IMG/VR virus record: IMGVR_UViG_3300035208_001463
Coordinates: 48,521-112,520 of that record
Direction: 5' to 3' (one strand)
Length of the DNA: 64,000 nt
DNA from: a virus
Lineage: Duplodnaviria > Caudoviricetes
Shown: positions 33,769-44,224 of the stretch, piece by piece
How the letters are laid out: the number at the start of each line of letters is the position of its first letter
Numbering within the stretch: position 1 is the stretch's first letter
Position numbers and translations under genes: made by a program
Notes under the pieces: model-generated
Database searches by the model: none
What the model saw: the letters and a program-made list of their open reading frames with translations, nothing else
Told to the model about the DNA's origin: nothing

Positions 33769-34058
33769 GGGGTGTGGTTTGTTGTGATAGGTTTAAATAT
33801 GTTCCGATTAGGTTAGTTTCGGTTTGTTATGGTATGGCAAAACCGTCGAAGAGACGGGTATGGTTGGGTTTGTTCAGGTGCGTTTTGGCGCGGCAAGGCG
33901 AGTTTGGGTATGTTTGGTTTCGATGTGGCAAGGTATGGAAAAACCGTCCTTGTGACGGGTATGGTACGGTTCGGTTCGGAATGGTTTGTTTCGGCTTGGC
34001 GTGGCATGGTGCGACGCGTTGAGTTATGGTATGGTTAAACCCTTCTATGTGAAGGGTT
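33754..34058 (+). ncRNA. Array of three hairpin-delimited pentamer (GDY-NN) tracts; candidate guide RNAs
   Basis: Hairpins at 33757-33771, 33843-33857, 33944-33958 and 34038-34058 flank tracts of 14, 17 and 16 pentamers; 44 of 47 start with G[G/T/A][T/C]. Confidence 0.8.
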
Positions 34059-34071
34059 AAAAATATTTTTT

Positions 34072-35043
34072 TTATTTTACCGGAACATGCGACATAAATT
34101 TCAATATGAACATTATAACAGAAATTGCCAAGCACGCTATAAAAACAATAACCCCCGCAGTTGTCATTGACATTCCTTTGTTGTAATCACCGCGCGCTAT
34201 ATTTTCGGCAAGTTGTCTAACAAAACCACCCCAGCTAGCAGAATTTCTTATTCGCGGATAAGAGTTATCTATTCTGATCCATTTTATTGTAGTATATAAA
34301 TCAACACCCCTAGGTACGGGGATCTTTCCTTCATTCATCAACCGCCACGCTTTGCTCAAGGAATGTACTTGATCCGATTCATTTGTTTCATTCCACAAAT
34401 CACATTCCCTTGCTATTGCTGCTCTTTCCGGAGATATCAACCCGGTCCAACCCTTGATGTCCACCAATATGCTCCCCGGGATTGACCCAATATTTACCAG
34501 CGGTTTCGATTCCCACGACCCTTGTAGAAACTTCGCAAAATCCACAGATTGATCTACCGGTCGCAACCAATTACTAATCGGGGTTAAAAACGGATATTTG
34601 TGTTTAACGAGAGAATTATATCTATCTTTTTCAAATACAAGACACGCTCCTGCTTCAGAGGTTAAAACGAAATTGAGCCTTTCATCTGTCTTAAACACAA
34701 CCTCGCTCCGACTATTCATCGCACTCCACAAACCGTGGAATGGGGACATCATCCCCCATTGTAAATGACCCCAATAAGCCCATGCCAAAAAATATGCTAA
34801 CGGGACGAGTGGGATGAAAAATACATAAAGTGGTTGACCCCAAAACGAACTATTAAATAACCCACCAAAAAATGGTTGTTCCACCACATGCCATTTCATT
34901 ATCGAAAAGACACCAATAACAATTATTATAATGATGATCCCAATAAGAAGAAGTGTTTTTTCTGGTGTAAAAAAACTAACTTTTTCAGTATCTTTTAGAT
35001 TAATTTCCGTATTTATTTCTTCTTCGTCGGTCATTAATATCAC
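34072..35043 (-). CDS. Membrane protein (two N-terminal TMs, one C-terminal TM)
   Basis: Hydrophobic segments; architecture similar to neighbour 35040-36005. Confidence 0.65.
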   Translation of the reverse strand: MILMTDEEEINTEINLKDTEKVSFFTPEKTLLLIGIIIIIIVIGVFSIMKWHVVEQPFFGGLFNSSFWGQPLYVFFIPLVPLAYFLAWAYWGHLQWGMMSPFHGLWSAMNSRSEVVFKTDERLNFVLTSEAGACLVFEKDRYNSLVKHKYPFLTPISNWLRPVDQSVDFAKFLQGSWESKPLVNIGSIPGSILVDIKGWTGLISPERAAIARECDLWNETNESDQVHSLSKAWRLMNEGKIPVPRGVDLYTTIKWIRIDNSYPRIRNSASWGGFVRQLAENIARGDYNKGMSMTTAGVIVFIACLAISVIMFILKFMSHVPVK

Positions 35044-36005
35044 CTACTAGCGAGATAACTCGCCCCGAGACAAATTAATCCCCCCAAAATCAAAATCATT
35101 GCAATTCCATTGCGATCCCAAAATGTCAAATCTGGTATATTATCTGCTGCCAAATCTCTTGCTTTTTTCAATAATATTCCGCCAAATAATGAAGGAGAAC
35201 GGTTCTTTGGTGTAAATTTGTCAGAATCATATGGATCATAGAAACAATAACACGGTATTTTTATACCATCGGGCCAAATTTTTTCTAATATAGGACGTAA
35301 TTTAACATAATCATCAAAATCACTTATAGAATCAGGAATTAATCCTTCACGCGCGGCAGCGTAAAAATCACACTCCGACCCATCAAATCTCTGGAATTTA
35401 ATAAGTTTTGTCTCTTCGGCAGCGCGTTTCATATTTTGCATGTCTCCAAATCGCCCGTGATTAAAATCATCACAAGCTTTACAAAGGGCAATGTCAGCAA
35501 TTGGATCGGAAACTTCGTCGGAGTTATCTTTTATAATTACCGCAGACAAACCCCCCAATCTACCACCAGAAGAAGATGCTCCCATGTGCCACATATCTGT
35601 TTTAAAGAGATCCGAAAAATATAAAATACCTTCCGAATGGTATGTTAACATTCTTATAAACCACTTTCTAGATTTGGTGAATACAATAGTCTGTTGGGCG
35701 TTTGATCCAGAACCAGCCATTAGTGCATCTTTATACCCATAACACGAAGAAAGGGAACTGCATTTTCTCATCCACCCGAGATTATACCAAACAAAATATG
35801 CGCCTATAATAAATGCTAATATAGCCCATAATGGGATGGTATTTAACCAAAACAATTGTATTCCGTGGAACGGCGCAATATCAAGCACCGGATTCAACAC
35901 CGGAGCAACCGTAGGTACAGGTGTTGCCGTAGCAACAGGTGTTATCATAACTACTTGTGGCGCTTGTGTAATGTTGGTAACGATTACGTTAGAAAGATCG
36001 GTCAT
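35040..36005 (-). CDS. Membrane protein (N- and C-terminal TMs)
   Basis: TMs at IPLWAILAFIIGAYFVWY and the C-terminus. Confidence 0.65.
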   Translation of the reverse strand: MTDLSNVIVTNITQAPQVVMITPVATATPVPTVAPVLNPVLDIAPFHGIQLFWLNTIPLWAILAFIIGAYFVWYNLGWMRKCSSLSSCYGYKDALMAGSGSNAQQTIVFTKSRKWFIRMLTYHSEGILYFSDLFKTDMWHMGASSSGGRLGGLSAVIIKDNSDEVSDPIADIALCKACDDFNHGRFGDMQNMKRAAEETKLIKFQRFDGSECDFYAAAREGLIPDSISDFDDYVKLRPILEKIWPDGIKIPCYCFYDPYDSDKFTPKNRSPSLFGGILLKKARDLAADNIPDLTFWDRNGIAMILILGGLICLGASYLASR

Positions 36006-36175
36006 TCTTCACCTCTAGGAATAATAACATAAACAATTTTATTATTATCTAACAAAACTTTTGCCTCTTGTTGCGACTTGATATTCAATCTTTTTACAAT
36101 CCTATGAGGAATACTAACCATAAAAGACGAATCTTTCTGGTGTTGTATAGAAACAGTACTTATAAATTCTTCCAT
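36002..36175 (-). CDS. 57-aa AbrB/MazE/SpoVT-like DNA-binding protein (not in ORF track)
   Basis: Manual translation MEEFISTVSIQHQKDSSFMVSIPHRIVKRLNIKSQQEAKVLLDNNKIVYVIIPRGEE. Confidence 0.65.
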   Translation of the reverse strand: MEEFISTVSIQHQKDSSFMVSIPHRIVKRLNIKSQQEAKVLLDNNKIVYVIIPRGEE

Positions 36176-36530
36176 TGAGTATTTATAGATATTTTAAAGT
36201 ATTTATAACTTTGTGTTGGTTTTATAAATACTATGCGTAAGTTTTATATACAATGAAAGAATACATTTAAATAGAGGTACTAAAAATGAAGAAGTATCAG
36301 GAAACAATGAAGTTGCAGCACAATGAACTCAACAAGCGCGCCAATTCTAAAGGCGCATATATAATAGATGGAGAAAAACTTATTAGGGAAGATCCAAAAG
36401 TCATCCGTATTGATGGTATTCGTGCAAAAAATACTGATACCTTTATGGGAGAAAAAATCTAAACTTTTTTAATAGAAACATTTATTAACAATGAATTGTA
36501 ACACTATATATAATATATGGTGATTAAATT

Positions 36531-37886
36531 ATGGTAAAAGCACGTTTAAGTGAAGCCGAATGGGAAAACATTAAAGAAAAATCCAATATTGTAGAAAGTG
36601 ATGGGGAAGCACACCGCGCGGAATCCACAGAAGAAGATGAAGTGGAACCCAAAGCGGAACCCAAAAAGAAATACCCGTCGGTTGGACAGATGCAAGCAGC
36701 GAAGGGTGGAAAACCCGCTGGAGAAGTGACCGAATGGGAGTCACATGAGGGTTATGATGCTGGGGAAGAAACATTTGAAAAGCGACACCCAACACTTGCA
36801 AAAGCTGTGGATATTGGGAAGAAAGCAGTTGGTGTCGTAAATAGAAAATCATCCGAGTATTTAAAAAACGTTGAAAAATCTGATAAAAAATTTAAAGAAA
36901 TGGAAACGGAAAAGGAAGATGAAGAAGAACCTGAAGAAAGAAAATCATCTAAAAAGAAATCAACTAAAAAATCAAAAGGTAAAATGTTGGATGAAGACGA
37001 TTTTGATTTTGAAGATGAAGATGCAGATATAACAGCATTACATAAATCCACTTCTAAACAAAAGGTTTTACCCGGTGATTATAAAACTGCATATGGAAGC
37101 GGGATGGGAAAAGAAGGATATAAACCAGTATATACCTCTGGAATGGGGTTAGGGACATATCGCCCTGCTTATAAACCAACTATACGAGAAGAACAATCAC
37201 CAGAATCATTAACTGATAATAGACGTGGTAAGAAATCCCCTGTGGAAGAATTAACACCACGCGAACCAACCCCCAAACCAAAAGAACCCCAACCAAACCG
37301 TTTCAACATGCAAAATTGGCAATCGATGGGTTTCCCCAACACGCTACCAATGAGCGCGCGCGGTGCTTTATTTAGACCCGCACAACAGCAACAGCCACAA
37401 CAACAGGTTGTTCCTATGGTTCGTCAACCGTATCAACCGCGCGCCGCGCCCGCACCGCAACCTGCGCGCGCACAAGCACCAACACCACAACCACAAGCGC
37501 GCAGACAGGTGTTTGGCCCGATACCCAGAATTGGCTTGAATATAAATATACCACAGATAACAAGACCAAAAACAACTATTACACCTCCGCGCGCACCAAC
37601 TGCACCCGCTCATATGAGTAGAGGTATTCCAACTTCTGCACCTTTAACATTTATGGGTGTTACATTAGGTGAAAAGAAGAAAACAGAATCAAAACCAATT
37701 ACCAATATGGGAGCGGGGTATAAACACGTCCCCTTGGTTGTAATGAATGGGATTTATCCGAATGCTGGGTATAATCCCAAAACAGATCCAATTACGAAAA
37801 AATCTATTATTCCAAAAATACAAGCAACGGTTACTCCGAATAATTTTACGATGTTTGGCATAAAAATGAAGAATAAAAAACTTTAA
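36531..37886 (+). CDS. Low-complexity, probably disordered protein (acidic N-half, basic P/Q-rich C-half)
   Basis: E/D/K-rich then P/Q/R-rich; short Y(K/R)xxYxSGMG repeats. Confidence 0.7.
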   Translation: MVKARLSEAEWENIKEKSNIVESDGEAHRAESTEEDEVEPKAEPKKKYPSVGQMQAAKGGKPAGEVTEWESHEGYDAGEETFEKRHPTLAKAVDIGKKAVGVVNRKSSEYLKNVEKSDKKFKEMETEKEDEEEPEERKSSKKKSTKKSKGKMLDEDDFDFEDEDADITALHKSTSKQKVLPGDYKTAYGSGMGKEGYKPVYTSGMGLGTYRPAYKPTIREEQSPESLTDNRRGKKSPVEELTPREPTPKPKEPQPNRFNMQNWQSMGFPNTLPMSARGALFRPAQQQQPQQQVVPMVRQPYQPRAAPAPQPARAQAPTPQPQARRQVFGPIPRIGLNINIPQITRPKTTITPPRAPTAPAHMSRGIPTSAPLTFMGVTLGEKKKTESKPITNMGAGYKHVPLVVMNGIYPNAGYNPKTDPITKKSIIPKIQATVTPNNFTMFGIKMKNKKL

Positions 37887-37936
37887 TACTTTTTTAAACA
37901 GATAAATTTAAATACATCTATTTTCTACTATATATT

Positions 37937-38353
37937 ATGGGACTCATAGATCGTTTATCATATACTCTCGAAACCGTCAAGAAACAAAAAGACGAGCAAG
38001 AATTAAAGCGCGCGCTTGAACTTAAAGCATTACGCGATAAAACAATACCTGTTTTTGAACGGTTGATTAATAAATATCACGCACAAGTTAGGTATCTTGA
38101 TACAGATGCTTATGTATTTGTTATCGAAAATGGACAAGAGCGTGGAACATATATTCCTTATACCACAGATGAAATTCATTTAGATCTTAAACTTGATACC
38201 TTTGTTCACAACTATACTTCGGCATCTAGGCATAAGATGCGCGCTAAATTAGAACAAAGTCTTGATGGTATTGAAGATAATAAAAAAGGTGGATTTTGGA
38301 ATGTGGATATTGATATCAAAAGTTTTGATACAAGTTTGAATCGGAGGCATTGA
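37937..38353 (+). CDS. Hypothetical protein
   Basis: ORF with upstream TTTAAATA box. Confidence 0.55.
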   Translation: MGLIDRLSYTLETVKKQKDEQELKRALELKALRDKTIPVFERLINKYHAQVRYLDTDAYVFVIENGQERGTYIPYTTDEIHLDLKLDTFVHNYTSASRHKMRAKLEQSLDGIEDNKKGGFWNVDIDIKSFDTSLNRRH

Positions 38354-38866
38354 TGACAAACTACGGGCAAACGTCAAAAGAACTAGAGGAAGAATATGAA
38401 AATGAAGAGGATATTGTAGAAACCAAATATATTTCTACGTTCCCAAAGAAATTTTCAAGTATGGCACCATGTGAACAACTACGTGTGAAAATCCCTAATA
38501 CCAATTCGAATCTAAATGTTATATTGGGTGTAAAGTTGCCACGCACGGATGTGCATGATACAACACCATGTGTAGTAAATATGCCTAATAGTTTAAAGAA
38601 AAAGAGATATTAGATTTTAGAATATTTCATTTTTATATCACAGTAGGGCAATGTTCCTAAACATTCTCCATAACCATGACTTTTTTTATTCCTGCAAACG
38701 CCAATATCTTTTATTGTTAATAATGTATCTGGTCGTAAATGCTTTTTCTTTTCTAAAGATTCGAGGCCCATAAAACTAGTTTGCCCGGGTATTTTAAATA
38801 AAAATTTAGATGTAGAAACCATTATATACCATTCTCCTTTCTAGTTTATAAACCTTTCGGTTGTTC

Positions 38867-41800
38867 TCACTTCTTTCCTTTCTTCTTCTGTGTTGGTAAT
38901 GACGAAGGCAACGACATTGATTTTAATGTATTCGTAGTTCTAGGTACACCAATCTTTGGCATTGTGAATTGAGGCATTGCTACTTTTCTTTGTGGCGTAG
39001 GTGTTTTGATTTGTGGAGATGATACTTTCTTTTGTGGTTGCGGCATCACTGTCTTTCTTTGCACGGGCATATTAAACTTCGGAACAGCCACGCGTGGTGT
39101 TGTAACCGTTTTGGTGGGCTTCTGCGCGGGTTTCCGCGTTGCTTGTAATGAAAACGAAGGCAATGATGAAGCCGGTGCTCCCGTAACATTGGAACCAATT
39201 GCTAACGCTTTTGCAGTAATACGTGCAGCTTTCCACGGATCGAATTTGTACTCAAAAACCTCCACGTGTTTTTTAAATCTCCTGCGCTTATCAGATCCGC
39301 CGCCTCCGCCTCCGAGACCGCCCCATCCTCCGAATAGTGGAGGGATTATGATTTCGGGTTCTATTACAGGTTCTATCTTGGGTTCTGTAGTAGTAATTAT
39401 TTTGGGTTCGGTTATAGTTGTCGTTTCTGTTTTAGTGGTTGTTTTTGTTTTTGGAACTATATCCACAATCGGAGCTGTTTTTATAAATTGCTCTTCCCGT
39501 TGCGCTTGTCGCGTTTCTTCCTTATATGATGGAACAGTTGTTGTTGAAACCAATTTAGATATATCATACATTAAATACGATTCTTTCTGTTTCTGTGCCA
39601 CTTCGGATGTTAATATCAAATCTTGAGTATCTTTCAAGGTTTGAGTAGATAATAATGAAGGTAATGATAATGTGTCAGTTCTATATTTTGATATTTGCGC
39701 AAATTCTAAAGATGGTTTTACCAATTGTTCTTCTTGTTGAACATTCGATTTTAATAAACTAACCATACCCAAACCAGCTTTTGGAATTTCCATCTCCGTT
39801 ACTACTTCTTTTTGTCCTTGTCTTAATTGTGGAATAAATAAGGGATATGGTATTGTAGTGGGTATTTTACCAGTTTGCAACCCCTCTACTTTTGGTAACG
39901 ATTCGCTCATTATTTGTATTTGACCCGCTGCTTGCTTTCCTTCAACTTTACCCATAGGTTTCATTGTAGTTGGGTGTTCCCCAAAATATTGAACTTTTGT
40001 TTTAGCAAACCCAGATGGTTCCATTTTCTCTGTTATATCGCGTTCTGTTTTTAAAAGACTTCTCGTAGGTTTTTCTATAGATAAAGATGGAACTGTTCTG
40101 CCACCAATAACTTTAGTTCCCTTTATTCTTTCGAATCCACCAAAAGATGGTGCACTTGGAGTAACACCTTTCTTAATTCCCCCAACTGAATATCCAGAAA
40201 CATCTCCGATTGAAGGAACAGTTGTTTTTCCAAATTTTAATGAATATACATAACGTGGTGCTCCCTCCCATTCAATTGAGGGTTTGTGTTCTTGCCAAAA
40301 CGATTTGACAGTAATACTTGGGGTTTTTGCCAATTGCCCGATTTCCCACAGTTTTGTTTCTCCAGATATTAATGCGTTTTCTGCTGAAACCGGTAAATTC
40401 AATTTTGTAGTAAAATACTTATTATATAACGATTCCATTACCGGAGCGCGTTCACCATATTTTAATACTGCGATATCAATGGATGCTCTACCTAAAGCTG
40501 CTTGCGCTCTAGGAACAGCCGTTATTCTAGCAGTAACGATTGGCTCTGCAATCACCTTTACTCCCACAGATGGGAGTTTACCAATTTCTTTTGCTCCTGC
40601 ATATAAATATTCTGGAGCAGATTCAATGTATCTCCCAATCTTCGTTGGCAGATTTCCAATATCCGATCTCAATCCATATCTTGGACTTGCACTTGTAATA
40701 TATTCGGGAAAGTTTAATATTGCTTCCGGAGTTGCCTTCCGCAAACTATATTTAGCATATTCTCCAAATGTTGGTGTCTTTGTTGCATAAGTAGTTAATA
40801 CAACTTCCCCTTCTGTTGGTGTTAATCCAATATGCGGAATAGACGTTTCCCGTTCTGCAATCATAGATTTATATTCTTCAAATCCTGTTTTAATTCCTTT
40901 TATACCAGAAGATATTTTACCCGGTAATGCAAATCCCGCTCCCATCGGAACAGCTTCTTGTAATATCAATCCTTTTGCAGTAGAAGATACCTTTTCCGGA
41001 GCGAATTCTGTTAGCCCTTTTGTAGATCTATATCCTACATCTGCCGCATACAATCCACCAAGAATCTTTGGTGCTTGTTCAATTATAGGAGTGGATATGG
41101 TAGAAATTACTTTTGCGGCGGTTCCAGCCTTCCCGGTTGATTCTAACAATGGGACAGCAACAGATTTTCCAGTGCCAAATATTGTTTCGGCTCCTTTAAA
41201 TAATGTTCCACCAGCAGCCCCAACACCATAACTTATGGGAACAAGTAACGGTTGCTCATAAAATTGTGTATATTGACCCGCAAATGGATTTATTATAGAT
41301 GACACTTGTTTTGTTTCTTTCGATGCAGGAATAAATTCTGAAATCGTGCTAGGCATTGTAAGTGCCCATGTTGTCGGAAGAACCGCCGTTGCATATTTTA
41401 CCATTTTCTCACCAACTTCCGGAGACGGCAAATTCAATGTAGTTCTTATATTTTCTTGTAATTTATCCCACCCGCTTGGTGTTGATGATATAATCGTGGT
41501 GATTGGAGTGACATTCCCACCGGTTGTAGTATAAGGAGTTGTTGTAGTTGTTACTCCCCCAATTGTTTCTGCTACCGGTTTCCCTACAATAGTAGTTTCT
41601 GGCAAAATTGTTGGGGTTCCGGTTTTTGTGGTAGTTGTTGTGCCGGGTTGAAAAAACGCAAGAACCGGACTTATTATAGGAAGTTCGGTTCCAAATATAG
41701 CACCGGTTGGTTTTGTTTCTTTTGTTGCCATTGTAGAAACAAATGAGGGTTCTTGTGGCTGCGGAGTAGCACTTCCAACAACCTTCATCCCACCAGTAAG

Positions 41801-43447
41801 CGCAACGCCCGGCATCAACTCCGCCATTTTTGTCTCTGGAGGCATTGCACCAATCCCCACACTCTTCAATTCCGCTCCACTTGTAGGAGCCAATTCCCCC
41901 TTCACATTAACAGTCTGCAATACTGGAGATGCATTCCAATCAATACTCCACGGTTCCGTGGCCCATTCCGAACGGGGTTGATTCACTCCGGTGGGTGAAA
42001 CGAGATTTGCAAGGTTGCCTGTCTCTGATGCATATCTTCCCATTTGTGTGCTCGGTGAAAGAATTCTACTATCAAGACGTGTAACATCTCCGCCATATGC
42101 TTCCGCTCCGGAACGTGAATATAACCACGGAGTTTTTAAAATATCCGCCGCGCGTTCCTTGTTATACCCTTCTGCAAATTTAGTTCCTGCACTTTCCTGT
42201 GTATATACAACGTCGGTTCCCGCTTTGCCCTTCCCTACAGTAAACATCCCACTCTGTAATGCACCCGCGCCACCCGATGAAGTTTCAATACCATAAATAC
42301 GCTTGAATCCACCTTCCTTTTCATAAATAGATTTTGGAACCTGATAGAATCCAACAGTGCCGCTTGTTGGATCATATACGGCTTTTGCATCACGGATTTC
42401 AGTTTTTGCTACGTTCCCCAATGGGACATTAAATGTTTCTCCTTGAGAAATCGCGGTTGGTGGTAATGTATTGGTTCCCACCATTGGAGATCCAATATCA
42501 GTTCCCGCACCCATTTTATTAGGAACAAAATACGATTTTGTTACTACAGGCTCTATTGCTGTTGTTCTTGGTATAATATTACTTACCCAATCACCCGCTG
42601 CCTTTACTCCTCCGCCAATCGCCCCACCCATGATCCCAAAACCTTTTAAAGTGGTATCGACAGGATTCAATACTGATGATATTATTGGATTTGGTGGTGC
42701 CGACACTATTGCTGATGGCACTATCGGACTATATGTCTGTGCAGCGTATTGCTGCCCACTCGTTGTTGTTGGTTGCTTAACAGTTACATTAGCCCCCGCT
42801 TCCCGCCCCCACCCGGATATAGTTCCCAATGGATTGGTTACAAATTTCCATATGTTACCACCAACATCTGTTGATTGGGATGGTAGACTACTAGATCTTC
42901 CAATTACCTTCATATCACCAGTGAATGATACGCCGGGCATTAACTCTGTTGATGGTGACGAACCACTATAATATGATAATTGTGGACTAACTACATTCGT
43001 TTGTGTAGGTAATGTTTCAACACCCGATTTAATTTGAGACATATCATATACTCTGGATGCTGGAATAGCATACCCGGAAACCGATGTGTCTCTGGCACTC
43101 GCAAGATTAATAGCGGATGGTGAAAACCCTTCTGATACTGCCCTTCTTGCAAGATTTACATCTACAGCACCGCCGGTTCTTCCGATCAATGCAGCAATAC
43201 CAGCTGCTGTATTGGTATCATAATATGTTGGAGTTATTGAATGTGCGATAGATTGCCGATATGCACCTCCAGAACCAACGGTGTTATAATGTTGTTGAGC
43301 ATATTGTGAAGTGATCGCTTTATATGCATCTGAACCACCAGACGCACTAAATCCGGGTTCGTATGTTACTTGACCTGTATATGCAGATTGATAACCTATA
43401 ATATTGCCAGATGAATCACGAACAGCATAAGAAGCATATGATCCCAT
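38867..43447 (-). CDS. 1526-aa T/P/S/G-rich protein, candidate internal virion/ejection protein
   Basis: Long ORF, hydrophobic Gly/Ala segments, internal repeat ELMPGV.(F/L)TG.MKV.G, poly-Gly then basic C-tail. Confidence 0.6.
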   Translation of the reverse strand: MGSYASYAVRDSSGNIIGYQSAYTGQVTYEPGFSASGGSDAYKAITSQYAQQHYNTVGSGGAYRQSIAHSITPTYYDTNTAAGIAALIGRTGGAVDVNLARRAVSEGFSPSAINLASARDTSVSGYAIPASRVYDMSQIKSGVETLPTQTNVVSPQLSYYSGSSPSTELMPGVSFTGDMKVIGRSSSLPSQSTDVGGNIWKFVTNPLGTISGWGREAGANVTVKQPTTTSGQQYAAQTYSPIVPSAIVSAPPNPIISSVLNPVDTTLKGFGIMGGAIGGGVKAAGDWVSNIIPRTTAIEPVVTKSYFVPNKMGAGTDIGSPMVGTNTLPPTAISQGETFNVPLGNVAKTEIRDAKAVYDPTSGTVGFYQVPKSIYEKEGGFKRIYGIETSSGGAGALQSGMFTVGKGKAGTDVVYTQESAGTKFAEGYNKERAADILKTPWLYSRSGAEAYGGDVTRLDSRILSPSTQMGRYASETGNLANLVSPTGVNQPRSEWATEPWSIDWNASPVLQTVNVKGELAPTSGAELKSVGIGAMPPETKMAELMPGVALTGGMKVVGSATPQPQEPSFVSTMATKETKPTGAIFGTELPIISPVLAFFQPGTTTTTKTGTPTILPETTIVGKPVAETIGGVTTTTTPYTTTGGNVTPITTIISSTPSGWDKLQENIRTTLNLPSPEVGEKMVKYATAVLPTTWALTMPSTISEFIPASKETKQVSSIINPFAGQYTQFYEQPLLVPISYGVGAAGGTLFKGAETIFGTGKSVAVPLLESTGKAGTAAKVISTISTPIIEQAPKILGGLYAADVGYRSTKGLTEFAPEKVSSTAKGLILQEAVPMGAGFALPGKISSGIKGIKTGFEEYKSMIAERETSIPHIGLTPTEGEVVLTTYATKTPTFGEYAKYSLRKATPEAILNFPEYITSASPRYGLRSDIGNLPTKIGRYIESAPEYLYAGAKEIGKLPSVGVKVIAEPIVTARITAVPRAQAALGRASIDIAVLKYGERAPVMESLYNKYFTTKLNLPVSAENALISGETKLWEIGQLAKTPSITVKSFWQEHKPSIEWEGAPRYVYSLKFGKTTVPSIGDVSGYSVGGIKKGVTPSAPSFGGFERIKGTKVIGGRTVPSLSIEKPTRSLLKTERDITEKMEPSGFAKTKVQYFGEHPTTMKPMGKVEGKQAAGQIQIMSESLPKVEGLQTGKIPTTIPYPLFIPQLRQGQKEVVTEMEIPKAGLGMVSLLKSNVQQEEQLVKPSLEFAQISKYRTDTLSLPSLLSTQTLKDTQDLILTSEVAQKQKESYLMYDISKLVSTTTVPSYKEETRQAQREEQFIKTAPIVDIVPKTKTTTKTETTTITEPKIITTTEPKIEPVIEPEIIIPPLFGGWGGLGGGGGGSDKRRRFKKHVEVFEYKFDPWKAARITAKALAIGSNVTGAPASSLPSFSLQATRKPAQKPTKTVTTPRVAVPKFNMPVQRKTVMPQPQKKVSSPQIKTPTPQRKVAMPQFTMPKIGVPRTTNTLKSMSLPSSLPTQKKKGKK

Positions 43448-43712
43448 CTACTCACCTGCGCGCATATGGATCTTTAGGCATTTGCGGGAGTGGCGCGACA
43501 ACTGCTTGAACCAAGTATGCTGCCGCGCGCTTTGTTTGCCCGGGTATTACTATAGTGTTCTGATTCGGCACATTCATATGTGGTGCATTATCGGTTTGTA
43601 TCAATTTTGGAAATATAACTGGAGGTAACATTCTACAACACCTTTATATATGAATTGTATTCATACTTTATAAATGTTTTGGTATAGAAGAGAAAAATAT
43701 ATAATATTTGGA

Positions 43713-44195
43713 TTAGCCTACGTTCTTGAAAATTGACATGGTCACGCCAACGACTGAAGCTAGCAATGCCCCAAAAGCGAGAGGTTGAATTACAACAGGC
43801 ATTGAAACTCCAATTCCGCCGGAAAATAAAAATGCTCCGGATAATAAAAGACCGATGATTGAAGCCAATCTAAGGTTGGCGTGACTCAACCACATGCCTA
43901 GGTAGATGAAAAAGAAAATGAGGAATGAGGGGACGGAAAGATTATTCATCGTTGTCCATGCGTATGGGGAGAGAGCGTTACCGGGAAAGTAAATTATACT
44001 GAAATTTGATGCTGTAAGGTTATTAAAAGCATTTCCAAAAGTTGTAGTGGGCAATGGACTCAAATATGGTGTAGGTGTTATTGTTATATACGGGGGAGAA
44101 TCCGCTTTCACTATACTAACAATATTAAGCGCGCATATAATTGAAATGATTTTAGAGATGTGTTTTTTAAAATCAAGCATATGATTATATACCAT
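43713..44195 (-). CDS. Membrane protein (signal peptide plus three TMs)
   Basis: Hydrophobicity pattern. Confidence 0.6.
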   Translation of the reverse strand: MVYNHMLDFKKHISKIISIICALNIVSIVKADSPPYITITPTPYLSPLPTTTFGNAFNNLTASNFSIIYFPGNALSPYAWTTMNNLSVPSFLIFFFIYLGMWLSHANLRLASIIGLLLSGAFLFSGGIGVSMPVVIQPLAFGALLASVVGVTMSIFKNVG

Positions 44196-44224
44196 TGTAA
44201 TGTTATAGCATAAATAGTTTTCTA

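Noticed and set aside
33754-34058. Classical CRISPR array or simple microsatellite
   Set aside because: No 25-40-bp identical repeats with unique spacers; variation is confined to fixed positions of each pentamer and punctuated by hairpins, unlike slippage repeats
33765-34135. Four overlapping ORFs (33765-34022, 33813-34007, 33827-34135, 33829-34038)
   Set aside because: By-products of the stop-poor pentamer array; 5-nt periodicity is not codon-compatible and the translations are low-complexity
39006-42971. Plus-strand ORFs inside the 1526-aa gene (similar ones inside the 1282-aa gene)
   Set aside because: Antisense shadows of long coding frames
38867-43447. Phage tail tape-measure protein
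   Set aside because: Pro/Thr-rich rather than helical-repeat, and no tail tube or chaperone genes adjacent
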